Under the pieces are notes generated by a model. It ran no database searches and was not told where the DNA came from. It was given only the letters and a program-made list of their open reading frames with translations. Positions 28,561 through 41,489 of a stretch of DNA of 64,000 bases are shown piece by piece (the stretch's first letter is position 1; each line of letters opens with the position of its first letter). A program made the position numbers and the translations under genes. The DNA lies in NCBI RefSeq assembly GCF_009914755.1, contig NC_060947.1; one strand, written 5' to 3'. Source of the stretch: the human T2T-CHM13v2.0 reference genome, Homo sapiens.

Positions 28561-29212
28561 ATCAATCAATCAATCAGAAGAAATACAAGCACCTCATCAT
28601 AGGCTATAAGGCTTATGAATGGTCAAGCTGGAGCTTACTCTTGCAATGTGTCTATTTATCTATTTACAAATTACCTCCAAGTGCTAATATCAGTAATATC
28701 TCAAAGCACATATATGAGGCTAGGAAAATAGCTATCATTAATGAACTTAGACATAAAACTGCATTTCAAATAGTCTCTTGATCATTTTGATTTTTTTTCT
28801 GGTCAGCTTCTTGCCAGACCTGATGAAGACAATGTTTGGACCTCTCAATACAGTAAGGAACTCACATCAGGAATACAAATTGACCACTTTCTTGTGGTCA
28901 CTTGTGCTTGGAGTATTACCCTTACCTTCAGCAGGTTGCACATCTTCAAAAGTCTTTTTAAGCTATTTACCTATGCTGTGAAGGTAGGTTTTACATAAAC
29001 TCGATGTCATCTCTGGGTTCACATGACCATACCTGGGTAAGGCACAATACATGCCAATATGTGGGATACTGTGGGGTGCCCCACTCTGCCCTTGGATTAA
29101 TTCTTATTTCATTTCTGACTTGGGACATTTGGCACATGGCTGGGTGTGAGCACCAGTATTGCTCTGTGTAGACATTAATAATGCCAAAGATAAAGACTGT
29201 TAACATTTATTC

Positions 29213-29470
<258 letters not shown>

Positions 29471-29475
29471 AATTC

Positions 29476-29798
29476 TTTGTTTTTTTTGTTTTTTGTTTTT
29501 TGTTTTTTTTTTTCTGAGATGGAGTCTCGTTCTGCTGCCCAGGCTGGAATGCAATGGCGTGATCTCGGCTCACTGCAACCTCCACCTCCCTGGGTTCAAG
29601 CGAATCTCCTGCCTCAGCCTCTTGAGTAGCTGGGATTACAGGCATGTGCCACCACACCCAGCTACTTTTAGTATTTTTAGAAGAGATGAGGTTTCACCTT
29701 GTTGGCCAGGCTGGTCACAAACTCCTGACCTCAAGTGATCCATCCGCCTCGGCCTCCCAAAGTGCTGGGATTTCAGACCTGAACCAACACGCCTGGCC
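29476..29798 (-). mobile_element. AluS
   Basis: Reverse dimer with (GTTTTTT)n tail; TSD tcaattcttt. Confidence 0.94.
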
Positions 29799-30355
29799 TC
29801 AATTCTTTATTCTTAAAAATGTTCTAATATTTTCTTCCCACATGGAACAAATTGCTACCAACACCGCCCAAATTATATTCAGTCACTATGGAGGCCTCTA
29901 CTCCTATTGGCCTCCTCTCCCTGATGCAGTTATAAGACCTTTCACAGACGTGAGTCCTGTGGCCAGTCTTACATACCATACTGGATCCATCAGATCTGAC
30001 ATTCATTGGTCACTACCCTTTTCCCAATTATCTTTCCATCATTGAAAGCAATCTTTTTTTTTTCCCTGCTATTGTCATTTTAGGACATTTCTTCAAGAAT
30101 GACATTTGTAGAACATTTCCAGAACATTTCCTTAAGAATAATGTTCAGAAAAAAAACTACAGTATAGGTTTTTTTGTGGACTTCTGGAAGCAAGTGCAAA
30201 TAGTAGGCAAATCTCTTCAAGGTTACTGATGTCCTCAATCCTACCTTTCAAGGCTGGCAGTCCTGCAGTTTCCTTTCCTAAAACTAAATGGAGTGTGGAG
30301 GCTGTCCCCCTACCTCTAGTTTCATGTCCTTCATTGTGTCTTGCTCATTAAAATC

Positions 30356-30657
30356 CAGGGACCTGTGGTTCATGCATGTAATCTCAAAACTTTGGGAGGC
30401 CAAGGAAGGAGGATCACTTGCACCCAGGAGTTTGAGACCAACATGGGCAACATAGGGAGACTCCTTCTCTAAAAAAAAACTAAAAACTTCGCTGGGCATG
30501 GTGGCACTCTCCCGTAGTCCTAGCTACTCTGGAGGCTGAGGTGAGAGGATCACTTGAGCCCAGGAGGTTGAAGCTGCAGTGAACCGTGATTGCACCACTG
30601 GACTCCAACTTGGGCAACAGAGTGAGACGACTTTGTCTGGAAAAAAAAAAAAAAAAA
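30356..30657 (+). mobile_element. AluJ
   Basis: Diverged dimer with poly(A). Confidence 0.92.
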
Positions 30658-30790
30658 CCTCAGGGACCCACCCACAGTCACCTCCTAGGTCAGGCCTATT
30701 TGCGGTTTCCCACTGCTGTGTTTAGACCTTGACATTTTCTGTTTACTTTTTAAGATGCTGGGTGTATGCCTAAGCCTACGATGATAAAAT

Positions 30791-30985
30791 AGGATTGCTC
30801 AACTTAGCACTATTGACATTTGGGCAAGGTGATTCTCTGTGGAGGGATACATCCTCTCCACTACAGGATGATGAGCAGCACCCCAGCCTCTACCTACCAG
30901 ATACCAGGAGCACCCTCTACCCATTTGTGACAACTAAAAATGTCTCCAGACGTTGCTAAATGTCCCATGCCATAAAGTTACCCGC
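30791..30985 (-). mobile_element. MER20
   Basis: ctcaacttagcactattgacatttggg...gcagcaccccagcctctacctaccagataccagg...tgtgacaactaaaaatgtctccagacgttgctaaatgtcc. Confidence 0.9.
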
Positions 30986-31214
30986 TTTACTTACAAGAAG
31001 CACCAAGATCCTAACAACTTGGGCTGCTGTAACCAGAGAATAACTACCCTATTGAATTTGCCAACAAATTGCAAGTAACCCCTTGCGGACAAAAATTTCT
31101 TAGTGTAAGGGAAGTATTCATTTTCCTAGAGAAGACGAGAAATTCTTCCTTTCTCACAAGAAAAGGAAAAATGACCTGCAGGCATGTGCTCTGCTTCTCT
31201 CAAGAAGCGCCTCC

Positions 31215-31320
31215 GAGGCGGAGGTTGCAGTGAGTCGAGATCGTGCCACTGCACCCCAGCCTGGGTGACAGAGTGAGATCCTGTCTCAAAAAGGAAAAAA
31301 AAAAAAAAGGAAAAAGAAAA
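31215..31320 (+). mobile_element. Severely 5'-truncated Alu (3' ~75 nt plus tail)
   Basis: gaggcggaggttgcagtgag...ctgtctcaaaa; TSD aagc(g/a)cctcc on both sides. Confidence 0.9.
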
Positions 31321-31439
31321 AGCACCTCCTAAAGCCCTCTGTTCCTTCTTCGCCAACATTCCTCCCAGAGATGAGGGCTCCTTCTCACTTCCACATGCAG
31401 GGGACAGGTGGGCCACACCCAAAAAATCCTTCCATCTTC

Positions 31440-31720
31440 ACCCCATCTGAACTGTAGAGATAACAATGCTAAGTGCCAGCCAGGCACAGGAGCTCATGTC
31501 TGCAATCCCAGCACTTTGGAAGCCTGAAGTGGGAGGATCACTTGAGGCCAGGAGTTCAAGACCAGCCTGGGCAACATAGACCCTGTCTCTAGAAAAATAA
31601 ATGAACAAATAAATAAAAATAATATTTTTCAAAAAATGCTAGTGCCTACCCAGGGATGTAACAAGGATTACACGAGTCATTATATTAGAGCATTTGTAAA
31701 AGCACTATTACATATAAATA
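31440..31720 (+). mobile_element. MIR fragment split by a FLAM
   Basis: ccccatctgaactgtagagataacaatg ... cctacccagggatgtaacaaggattac...catttgtaaaagcact. Confidence 0.65.
31478..31620 (+). mobile_element. FLAM / free left Alu monomer
   Basis: Left monomer with A-rich tail; TSD atgcta(a)gtgcc. Confidence 0.9.
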
Positions 31721-31784
31721 TAATAGGATAACACCATTATGGCCAGAAACTACCGGGACTCAATGACTCTATCACACTCTGGCT

Positions 31785-32835
31785 TTGCATCCACCAGAGT
31801 TTACTAAGCACCCGCACCATGCAGACACTGTGCTAAACCAGTGTCACTGCATTCAAGAAGGTTCTAGTCTGTGAGGAGACAGGGATGATGAAAGTTTAGA
31901 CAAGGTGCAGACATCGGTGGGAGGTGGTGCCCAAACTTTTCTGGAAGAGTCGGGGAGGGCTTCCTGTAGGAGGCAGTGGTTAAACTGAGACCTGAATGAC
32001 GAGAGGGAATTTTCCAGGAGCCAAGGAGAATGAAGAGCATTTCATTCAGAGGTAAAAACAATGGGTGAAAGTCCAAGGGCAGAAGGGAACATGACATTTT
32101 CAGGAAATTAAATTTCCAAATCACCATCAACCAAAAATATAATCAGGGGAGTTACAGAAAAGAAGGCCAAAGAGCAAGTTGGGGCCAGCTGACATGCAGA
32201 AGAGGCAAGATCAGCCAAGTCCATGGGAAATGCTAGGTCAAACCTAAAGGAGTTTAAAGTGTCAAAGGTGGTGGTGAGTTTCCAAAAGGAAAGATCATAA
32301 GCAGCAGTTCTCAGATGTCGGTGATGATCTCGGAAGTCCAGGGTTCAGGGTTCTGAAAGGGATCTGGGTTGGGAAACACTGCTGAGAGAATGACAAGTCA
32401 TTAAAGACTGATTAGATAAAGGAATTTCATCATCAGGTGTGCATGTGACAGATGTCACTCTGACCTGACCAGCATGGAGGGACTGGACAGGATAGGCCCT
32501 GAGGCATGGAAAACACAAGATACCCTGGCAATATCCCAGGAAGGGAAAGGCTAAACCCAGGCACGGCCATGGGCGGTGGGCATGGAGGGGCTGGAATGCC
32601 TCAGAGAGACACTGAGACGGAGAGGAACAGAGACACCACATTTCCACCTTAAGCAGCAGGTGAGATGGTGGAACCATCCAGAGGGAGAAATCGTAGGAAG
32701 AAACTGGTTTGAGGAGGAAGACAAGGATTTCCAGTTAAGTGCATAGAGTTTGAGGTGCAAGTGAACTATCATGAGTATATGGGGGTGGAGGCTCCAGAGA
32801 CTTGGACTTTAGATATAAATTAAAGAGTCAGTGAT
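31785..32835 (-). mobile_element. L2 fragment
   Basis: tttactaagcacccgcaccatgcagacactgtgcta...gagggcttcctgtaggaggcagtgg...ctgagacctgaatgacgag...gagtttgaggtgc. Confidence 0.78.
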
Positions 32836-32862
32836 CAAGAACTGGGCAGAAACTACTGGCAT

Positions 32863-32980
32863 CAAGTGGTTCTCAGGATCACCTGGGGGGCTGCTTAAAA
32901 CCCCGAGCTTCTGCTTCATGGGGTCCCAGGTGATGCTGATGTTGCTCATCTGGGAACCTTACTTTGAGAACCACAGCTCT
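32863..32980. mobile_element. MER5A remnant
   Basis: caagtggttctca...cccaggtgatgctgatgttgct...actttgagaaccac. Confidence 0.8.
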
Positions 32981-33614
32981 AGATAAAAGAATCCTGCCCT
33001 TTCTCCTCTACTTTGGACAGAAATGATAGGTAAGGAAAGCATAAATGTTTCATCTTTTTCTCTCTCTGGCCCTTGAACTCCAGAAGATGGGAGTACTTAG
33101 TTTGACTGCATTCTTATTCCAACTTCAGGAGCCCAAATCTACCACAATTTGCCAAATATAAGAAGAGTATGGACTGTAAGACACACCTGTAATTTGAGTA
33201 ATGCTAAGAAGGAAAAACAGATACCAATAATTATGAGATGTGGCTGATTGAAAGAAGCATTCTGATTTTCAAAATATGAAAGGCTGGAAAATGTGCATTT
33301 TAGAATTGACCAAAAGTGGTCTTCCCTGTCCTCTGGGGCCACCCTGGAAAAGTCCAAGCAGAAGCCTGTGCACCAGCAGGAGCCAGGATCCTGGATCTTC
33401 CTGCTTTTTTGCCTGTGGTATATACCACCACATCCACAGGAACCTGCCACACACAAGGGCTTTGCTCCCCATAAGATCTCCCAGCAACAGGGTCCTTCAC
33501 CCAAACCTTCCAAAAGTGCCTCATCCCACATTCCCAGATTCTGCAGAAGCTCTCAAAACTCATATGCAAACATGCAAGGACATTTAATAACAACTCCTGC
33601 ATTTCCCACTTTCA

Positions 33615-34253
<639 letters not shown>

Positions 34254-34267
34254 TTAACCCATATTGT

Positions 34268-34543
34268 CTTTTTTTTCTTTCCAAATTTTTAGGTTCAGGG
34301 GTACATGTGCAGGTATGTTACACGGGTAAATTGTGTGTCACGGGGATTTGCTGTCCAGATGATTTCATCATCCAGGTAGTCAGCATAGTACCCAGTTGAT
34401 AGTTTTTCAATCCTCACCCTCCTCCTGCCCTCCACCCTCATGTAGGCCCTAGTATTCATTGTCCCCTTCTTTGTGCCCATGTGTACTCAATGTTTAGTTC
34501 CCACTTATAAGTGAGAACATGCAGTATTTAGTTTTCTGCTCCC
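34268..34543 (-). mobile_element. L1PA (older, ~L1PA13-16) 3' end
   Basis: ggttcaggggtacatgtgcagg...cctcaccctcctcctgccctccaccctc...cccacttataagtgagaacatgcagtattt. Confidence 0.9.
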
Positions 34544-36247
34544 TAGCCTGACACCGCCCAATGTCCACGGCCAAAATACTTAGGCAAAGCAAAAAGCACA
34601 AGGGGCCTTTGCACCTAAAAGACAGTGTCTTCCATTCCAGTCTGAAAGAAACTCCCTGGAAAAATTGGAGCAAAATAGCTCTGTCCTTCCCAGGGTCTCA
34701 GAGGCCTCCTCTCTCCTTGGAGAGTATTCTGCCTGTCTCCCTGGGCTCCCCTTTTCTTCTCAGAAGTACAAGTTGAAGGGAATCTCTCAAGCTTCAAGGA
34801 GTGTCCAAAGTCAAGCATCTCTGTTGTTGTCAAGCTGCAATAATCATGCTTCCATCTCCAACATACCCTTGTAAGAAGAACACTTTACATATGTTTTACA
34901 AAATGTAAAAATGGCTATGTGGAGGTCTAGCAGATCAGAAACAGCAGAGGCCAAGAGTCTACATGTCGAGATCCTTTCTGGCTCTAACCCCAAGGCCACG
35001 CTTCCTCCCAGAGGACCCACACCTATATGTAGCTACTGCTAAAATGCTCTCACCCGGGCAGCTCCTGACAGAGAGGCCCAATTCATGACATGCCATTATC
35101 GCAGCAGACGAAATTTCAACCAAAACAAATCTGTTATGCAAACAGTTACCAACATAACTTAGAAGGGTATTCTGAAATGACAGGCAGGGAAACCTGACCC
35201 CTACCTGAATATCCCAGGAGGACGTCCAGTAGTAGCAAATCCTCCAAGAGGGTCAAAATTGCCTGCTATTTTTAAAACCTGAAACTTTAAATAATTCCAG
35301 ACCCCCTCCGCCACATGTTGAGCAATCTGCCAGATCAGTTATACACATGGAGTTGAGTCCAACAATCTGCCAAAGAAGGGAGTCTCCCAAATCTGGCCAC
35401 TTCTCATTTCCATATGGAAAGAATTACCATGACTGGGCAGAGATGGAGGGAGAGGGGAAGAGGAGGCGGGAGAGGTGGCGATGATTCCAAGGAGCTGATC
35501 CCTATTATACCATGACGTGTGCAGCATCGAACGTCGTCACTGCAATCATCATTTCACATATTTAAAGGAAGCCTTCAGGAAAAGTTTGTTTTATTCTTTT
35601 AAAGATAGTTAATACATTCATTGGAGTTTTTGTGGTTGTTCTTAGTCTTGTTCTCATTCTGTACATAAGAGTTTTTTTTTGGTTTTTTTTGTTGTTGTTG
35701 TTGCGTTTTTCGCAAATCTGAGAGTAATTAGTCCTTTGCATTCAAGCTCTGGTATTTGGAAAATTCAGCATTCTTAATAGGTTGACTTTGAGCTACCTTT
35801 GGAAATTCAGCTCCCCAACATGCAGGAAAATTCTGACACAACATCTGTTTTCCAGTAAGACCCTGTTTTGACACAATTTGATACTCATTTGCATTGCCCC
35901 AGGTGTTGGAAGGTCAAGCAATAGATCCAAGGTCACACTGAAAATGAGGCTCCCTTTTAATTTCCTGCATTCTTCCTGAATGGTTTCAAGAGTAAATGGG
36001 TTCCAGGAAACCTGAGGAGAAAGAATGAAATCACTGCAAGACTATCCAAGCTTCCCATGTTTGGTTTGGTTAGAAGACATTTTTAAATAGAGCATCATTC
36101 ACACGGTCTTCTTCTGAGTTTAGATACCACTTTTCAGGTTCTCTCTGGAATTCCGTAAAATTTTGCAGCTCATCAGAATCATCAACCACTCTCCCCTTGT
36201 TCGGTGCAATTGCCAAGTCTATTTATAAAAAGCACATGCTATCTGAA

Positions 36248-36385
36248 CACTTGCTACTCAAAGTATGGTCTATGAACAAGCACCATCAGCACTTGCTGGG
36301 CACTTATTCGAAAAGCAGAATCCCCCTTCCCCAACCCCTGATGTAGGATGTCATAAAACACTGTTCCCAAAGTAATTGGGATGCA
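36248..36385. mobile_element. MER5-family remnant
   Basis: tgctactcaaagtatggtc...accatcagcacttgctgggcacttattcgaaaagcagaatc. Confidence 0.65.
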
Positions 36386-36395
36386 CTGATTAAGC

Positions 36396-36610
36396 CAGGG
36401 GACAGCATGCTACAAGCCTGCAGGCCAAATCTGGCCACTGCCTATTCTTGTAAACAAAGATTTGTTGAAACACAGTTAGAGGCATTAATTTGTCTATGCT
36501 TACTTTTGCTGTAATGGCAGAATTGAGACATTTCAACAGAGAAAGGGTGGCCCACAAACATAAAACTATGAATTATCTGGTTCTTAACCAAAAATCTTCA
36601 CTGACACTGA
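36396..36610 (+). mobile_element. MER58A
   Basis: gcctgcaggccaaatctggcc...ttgtaaacaaagatttgttgaaacacag...ggcagaattgag...tggcccacaaa. Confidence 0.82.
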
Positions 36611-36629
36611 TCTAAACCTTTATTCTACA

Positions 36630-37291
36630 GGGAGGAAGAGGAAGGATGAAGAAAAGGAAGAAGGAGGAAGAAGGGAGGAAGGAGGAAGCAGGAAGGAGGA
36701 AGGAGGAAGAAGAAGGCAGGAAGGAGGAAGGAGGAAGAAGAAGGCAGGAAGGAGGAAGAAGGAAGCAGGAAGAAGGAAGGAGGAAGAAGGAAAAAGGAAG
36801 GAGGAAGAAGGAAAAGGGAGGTAGAAAGAAAGAGGAAGGAAGAAGAAACAGGAAAGAGGAAGAAGGAAGGAGGAAGAAGGAAGGAGGAAAGAGGATGAAG
36901 AAAAATAAAAGCGGAAGGAGGAAGAAGGAAGCAGGAAGGAGGGAGAAGGAAGGAGGAAGAAGGAAAGAGGGAGGAGGAAGAAGGAAGTAGGAAGAAGGAA
37001 GATGGAAGGAAGAAAAAAGAAGAAGGAAGTAGGAAGGAGGGAGGAGGAAGAAGGAAGTAAGGAGGAAAAAGGAAGAATGAAGGAGGAAGAAGGCAGTAGA
37101 AAGGAGGAAGGAGGGAGAGGGAAGTAGGAAAGAAAATGGAGGAAGAGGAAGTAGGAAGAATGCAGGAGGAATCAGGGAAAAGGAAGAAGGAAGTAGGAAG
37201 AAGAAAAAAGGAAGACAGGAGGAAGTAGAAAGGAGGAAGAAGTTAGGAGGAAGAAGGGGGAAAAAGGAAGAAGAAGAGGAAGGAGGAGGAC
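36630..37291. repeat. ~660-bp GA-rich polypurine tract
   Basis: Almost only G/A in degenerate GGA/GAA/GGAA units. Confidence 0.95.
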
Positions 37292-37750
37292 ACACTTTTT
37301 ACACAAAGTTCTGCTAATTTAACCCTTATGTGAAACAGTTAAATAGCAACTCCTAGTGAGACAGCAGGCGGAAAGATTTGAAGGAAAACTGTTGCTGCCA
37401 CAAGGGAAGTTTGATGGCAGGACTTGGAGTGTGTATGCATGATGTACTAATTGAAGCATTAGTACAGTTTCTTTGGGGGGGTGTCAGATGAGTGTAGAGG
37501 AACCCCCTACTCTCCACCTTTGCCTAGGGCAATGTCTGCATCAGAGATTGGTGCCAACGTAATAATCAGCCTCACAGAAAGTTGGATTCAGAGTCTGGAA
37601 AGATGGAAGATACAATCTTTACAGCCTATGGATAGACCCTCCTTTCCAAACTTCAGCGTTTGGAATCTTAGTACAATTTCTATACCAAAGGTGCTTGCCA
37701 AATGAAACTCTGGATTTACAACAAATTGTGTTTTGAAAAATACTGTATTT

Positions 37751-38050
<300 letters not shown>

Positions 38051-39242
38051 AAATATTTAAATTGCTCCAGTTCAAATAAGCCGGTAATAAGCCAAACCAC
38101 CTGTCTCATAGAGAGCTGGAGAGAGAGAAGGGTCAGCAAGGGAAATGATAAAATAAACAAATCACTGCTATGAAAATTTATATGGCTCACCCCGCCTCTG
38201 AAATGAGAGTTCAAAATAGAAATGCTTGCTCCTTAACACGGGTTATCATAACGAGATGCATTTAATACATGAGTTTGCTGGATACCATGGTTCAGCCGTG
38301 CTGTATTTTTTTTCCATGATAGATTTGAAACATCCATCGCTTCATTTGCTGCCTCTTTCCACAAAGCAGATACTGGAGAGCAAATCTCATGCAGATGATG
38401 TTTTGTCTAGAGGCAGCGAGCTGTTTTATAATAAGGCAGATGTAGAGGATGCAATTTCAAACACACACCCGAAAGCACAGGGCTCACTACCTGTAACTGA
38501 GAAAACGAGGCAGAGATGGATGCCTTGTTTGCATTCATGCAGGACACATGCAGAAAGTTCTGTCTGCCAGCTTCGGGAGGAATAGACAAAGCACCTCCCA
38601 CCACCAGGCACAGGTGGAGTGGCGGAGGACGGGGCGGTGGCAGTAGTCCCACCTCTATGCACAGAGTTCCATCTTCACAAGTAGGAACTCAAGCAGTTGA
38701 AGACCAGCAGCAAGCTGGCCATGCAGCCGCAGTGTAAAAATGGACGGCCTCTCCGCACACTATAGACAGTCCCGCCTTGAGCAAAAAACTAACATACACG
38801 ATCCTTTCCAACCTGCAGAACCTGCCATTCCAAGGGGCCCAAAATAACCAACCAACAAAAATAAACAGCAAAAACAAGCCAACAAAAACTTTAGTGCCTT
38901 AGAACATCTTCATTTGCCTTTATTTTTCCTCTGCTTTTCATTTAACAGTGCTCTCTTTTTTTCAGAAAAATAATTAGTGACAAAAGCTTGGTATACTTTA
39001 GAATTGTAGTTAAAAGGAAAAGGACACCCCAAATGGATTGTGGCCTTCCTCAATTCTGACTTTTCTTAAAATGAACTCATTGCAATTTAGGGAAGAAAAA
39101 TGTAGATTTTTCCATCTTTCACTACAGAGCATGATGCTGTGCTGATGACAGTGGCGTTATATATATGTATTTGTAAATCTAGAAGAGTTTGACGCATTCC
39201 TAAAGAATACCAAGAATATAATTTTTAAAACATAGAATTAAG

Positions 39243-39540
39243 GGCGTGGCAAAATGGCTTACACCTGTAACCCCAACACTTTGGGAGGATGAGGTAGGAA
39301 GATCACTTGAGCCTGGGTGCTCAAGACCAGCCTAGGCAACACAGCGACATCCCGTCTCTACAAAAATAAAACTAGCCATGCGTGGTGGCATGTCTATAGG
39401 TATATAGTCCCAGCTATTCAGGAGGCTGAGACAGGAGGATCACTTGAGCCCAGGAATGCAAGGCTACAGTGAGCTATGATCATGCCACTGCACTCCAGCC
39501 TGATGGAGCAAGACCCCCCGCCCCCCCCCCCCCAAAAATA
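39243..39540 (+). mobile_element. AluJ ending in a poly(C) run
   Basis: Dimer; TSD tagaattaagg; C6-G-C13 before a short A run. Confidence 0.9.
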
Positions 39541-39864
39541 GTAGAATTAAGGAATCTTCCTGCCTGGTCAATTTTTTCCAGATGTCTCCTGCTTTTTCCT
39601 CTCCTTGCCTGGCTATAAACTTTAAAGCAAAGAAAAACTAATTCTAGAAGAAAATTCCAGGAGAAATTTCAAACAAAATAACATGTAGAAATATTATATT
39701 CAAGAGCTAATGCGGAGCTGTACACAAATAGATAATGACTTGAAAATCATTACAAATCAAGAAGAATCCTGAATTATCTTACAAAAGAATCACACTCTTG
39801 AAACTTACCAACAACGTCATCACACTATTCCTGTTAAAATATGTACACAAATCCCTTAGACACT

Positions 39865-40545
39865 ATATTCATTTTCTGGGGCTGCTGTAACAAAGTATCA
39901 CAAACTGGGTGGCTTTAAAAGCCAGAATTGTTATTCTCCCACCATTCTGGAGGCCAAAAGTCTGAAATCTAGGTGTCAAGCAGGATTGGTTCCTTTTTGT
40001 CCTTTTTATGATACAATAGGATTGATTTTTGTTTGTCATTTTGTTTGTTTGTTTGTTTTTGTTTTGTTTGTTTGTTTGAGACAGGGTCTCACTCTACCAA
40101 CCAGGCTGGAGTGCAGTGGTGCCATCGTAGCTCACTGCAGACTCCAACTCCTGGGCTCAAGCAATCTCCCCACCTCAGCTTCGGGAGCAGCTGGGACTCC
40201 GGGCTGGTGCCACCACACCTGGCAAGGGTTGGTTTCTATTGAGGGTTGGGTGGGAGAATCTGTCCCGGGCCTCTCTTCTTGCTTCTGGCAGCCTCAGGCT
40301 ATCTTTGGCTTGTAGACATCTTCCCCCTGTGTGTCCACTTCGTCTTCCCTCTGTGTCTGTCTGTCTCTGTGTCCAAATTTCCCCTTTTTAGAGGGACACC
40401 AGTCATATTGGACTAGAGCCCACCCTAATGACCTCATTTTAACTTGATTACCTCTGGAAAGACACTATTTCCAAATAAAGTCACATTCTAAGGTCCTGGG
40501 GGTTAAGATTTCAACCTATCTTTTTCAGGGTAATGCAATTGCACA
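39865..40545 (-). mobile_element. MLT1B/C MaLR LTR split by an Alu monomer
   Basis: gggctgctgtaacaaagtatcacaaactgggtggctt ... ggacaccagtcatattggactagagcccaccctaatgacctcattttaacttgattacctctg. Confidence 0.9.
40026..40223 (-). mobile_element. Alu right monomer (FRAM/AluJ) with (TTTG)n tail
   Basis: Reverse right arm only. Confidence 0.88.
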
Positions 40546-41118
40546 CATATAATCACTATATGCCTCTATTCTGTGTATTCTAAGACTCAAAAATAGATTA
40601 TGCTCTAAGCTGCAGTAAGTTCATGTTGGAAGAAGTCAAAGGATGACTCTCCTCAAGGAACAGATCCATTGATGATGACCAAAATTCACATACATCATCA
40701 TTCGCCATTGAATGCATTTGCAAAGTACCCCAGGATCTTTCCACTGGCAGCCTCTCCTTCTTGTAGTGTTTAGAAATCCACTTCGGGGAAAAAAAAAAAA
40801 AAATGCTTTTTCCTCCCCAGTGAGCCAGTCTATAAAAGCTCTCAACTAATTTACATCTGCAAAAGTAGATCACATCAGACGCTACCAGGCTTTCCATGCC
40901 TCCCCACTGGGATTTGGCCTCAGCCTCACACAGCTGTCTTACAGGTGGCGCTTGCTGGGCCCTGCCACCCCACGTCCCCTCCAGCCATACTATGCTCTTT
41001 GCTTGCTTTACCTCAAATGTACCTTGCCTTTCCACGGCCCTGAGCCTGTGTTCAAACTGCTCCCTGGCCTTGACATTTTTGACTTTTTTTCTTTACCTAT
41101 TAAAATCCTTCAAAGTCC

Positions 41119-41489
<371 letters not shown>

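Noticed and set aside
36612-37295. 227-aa and 114-aa ORFs
   Set aside because: Translations of the GA-rich low-complexity tract.
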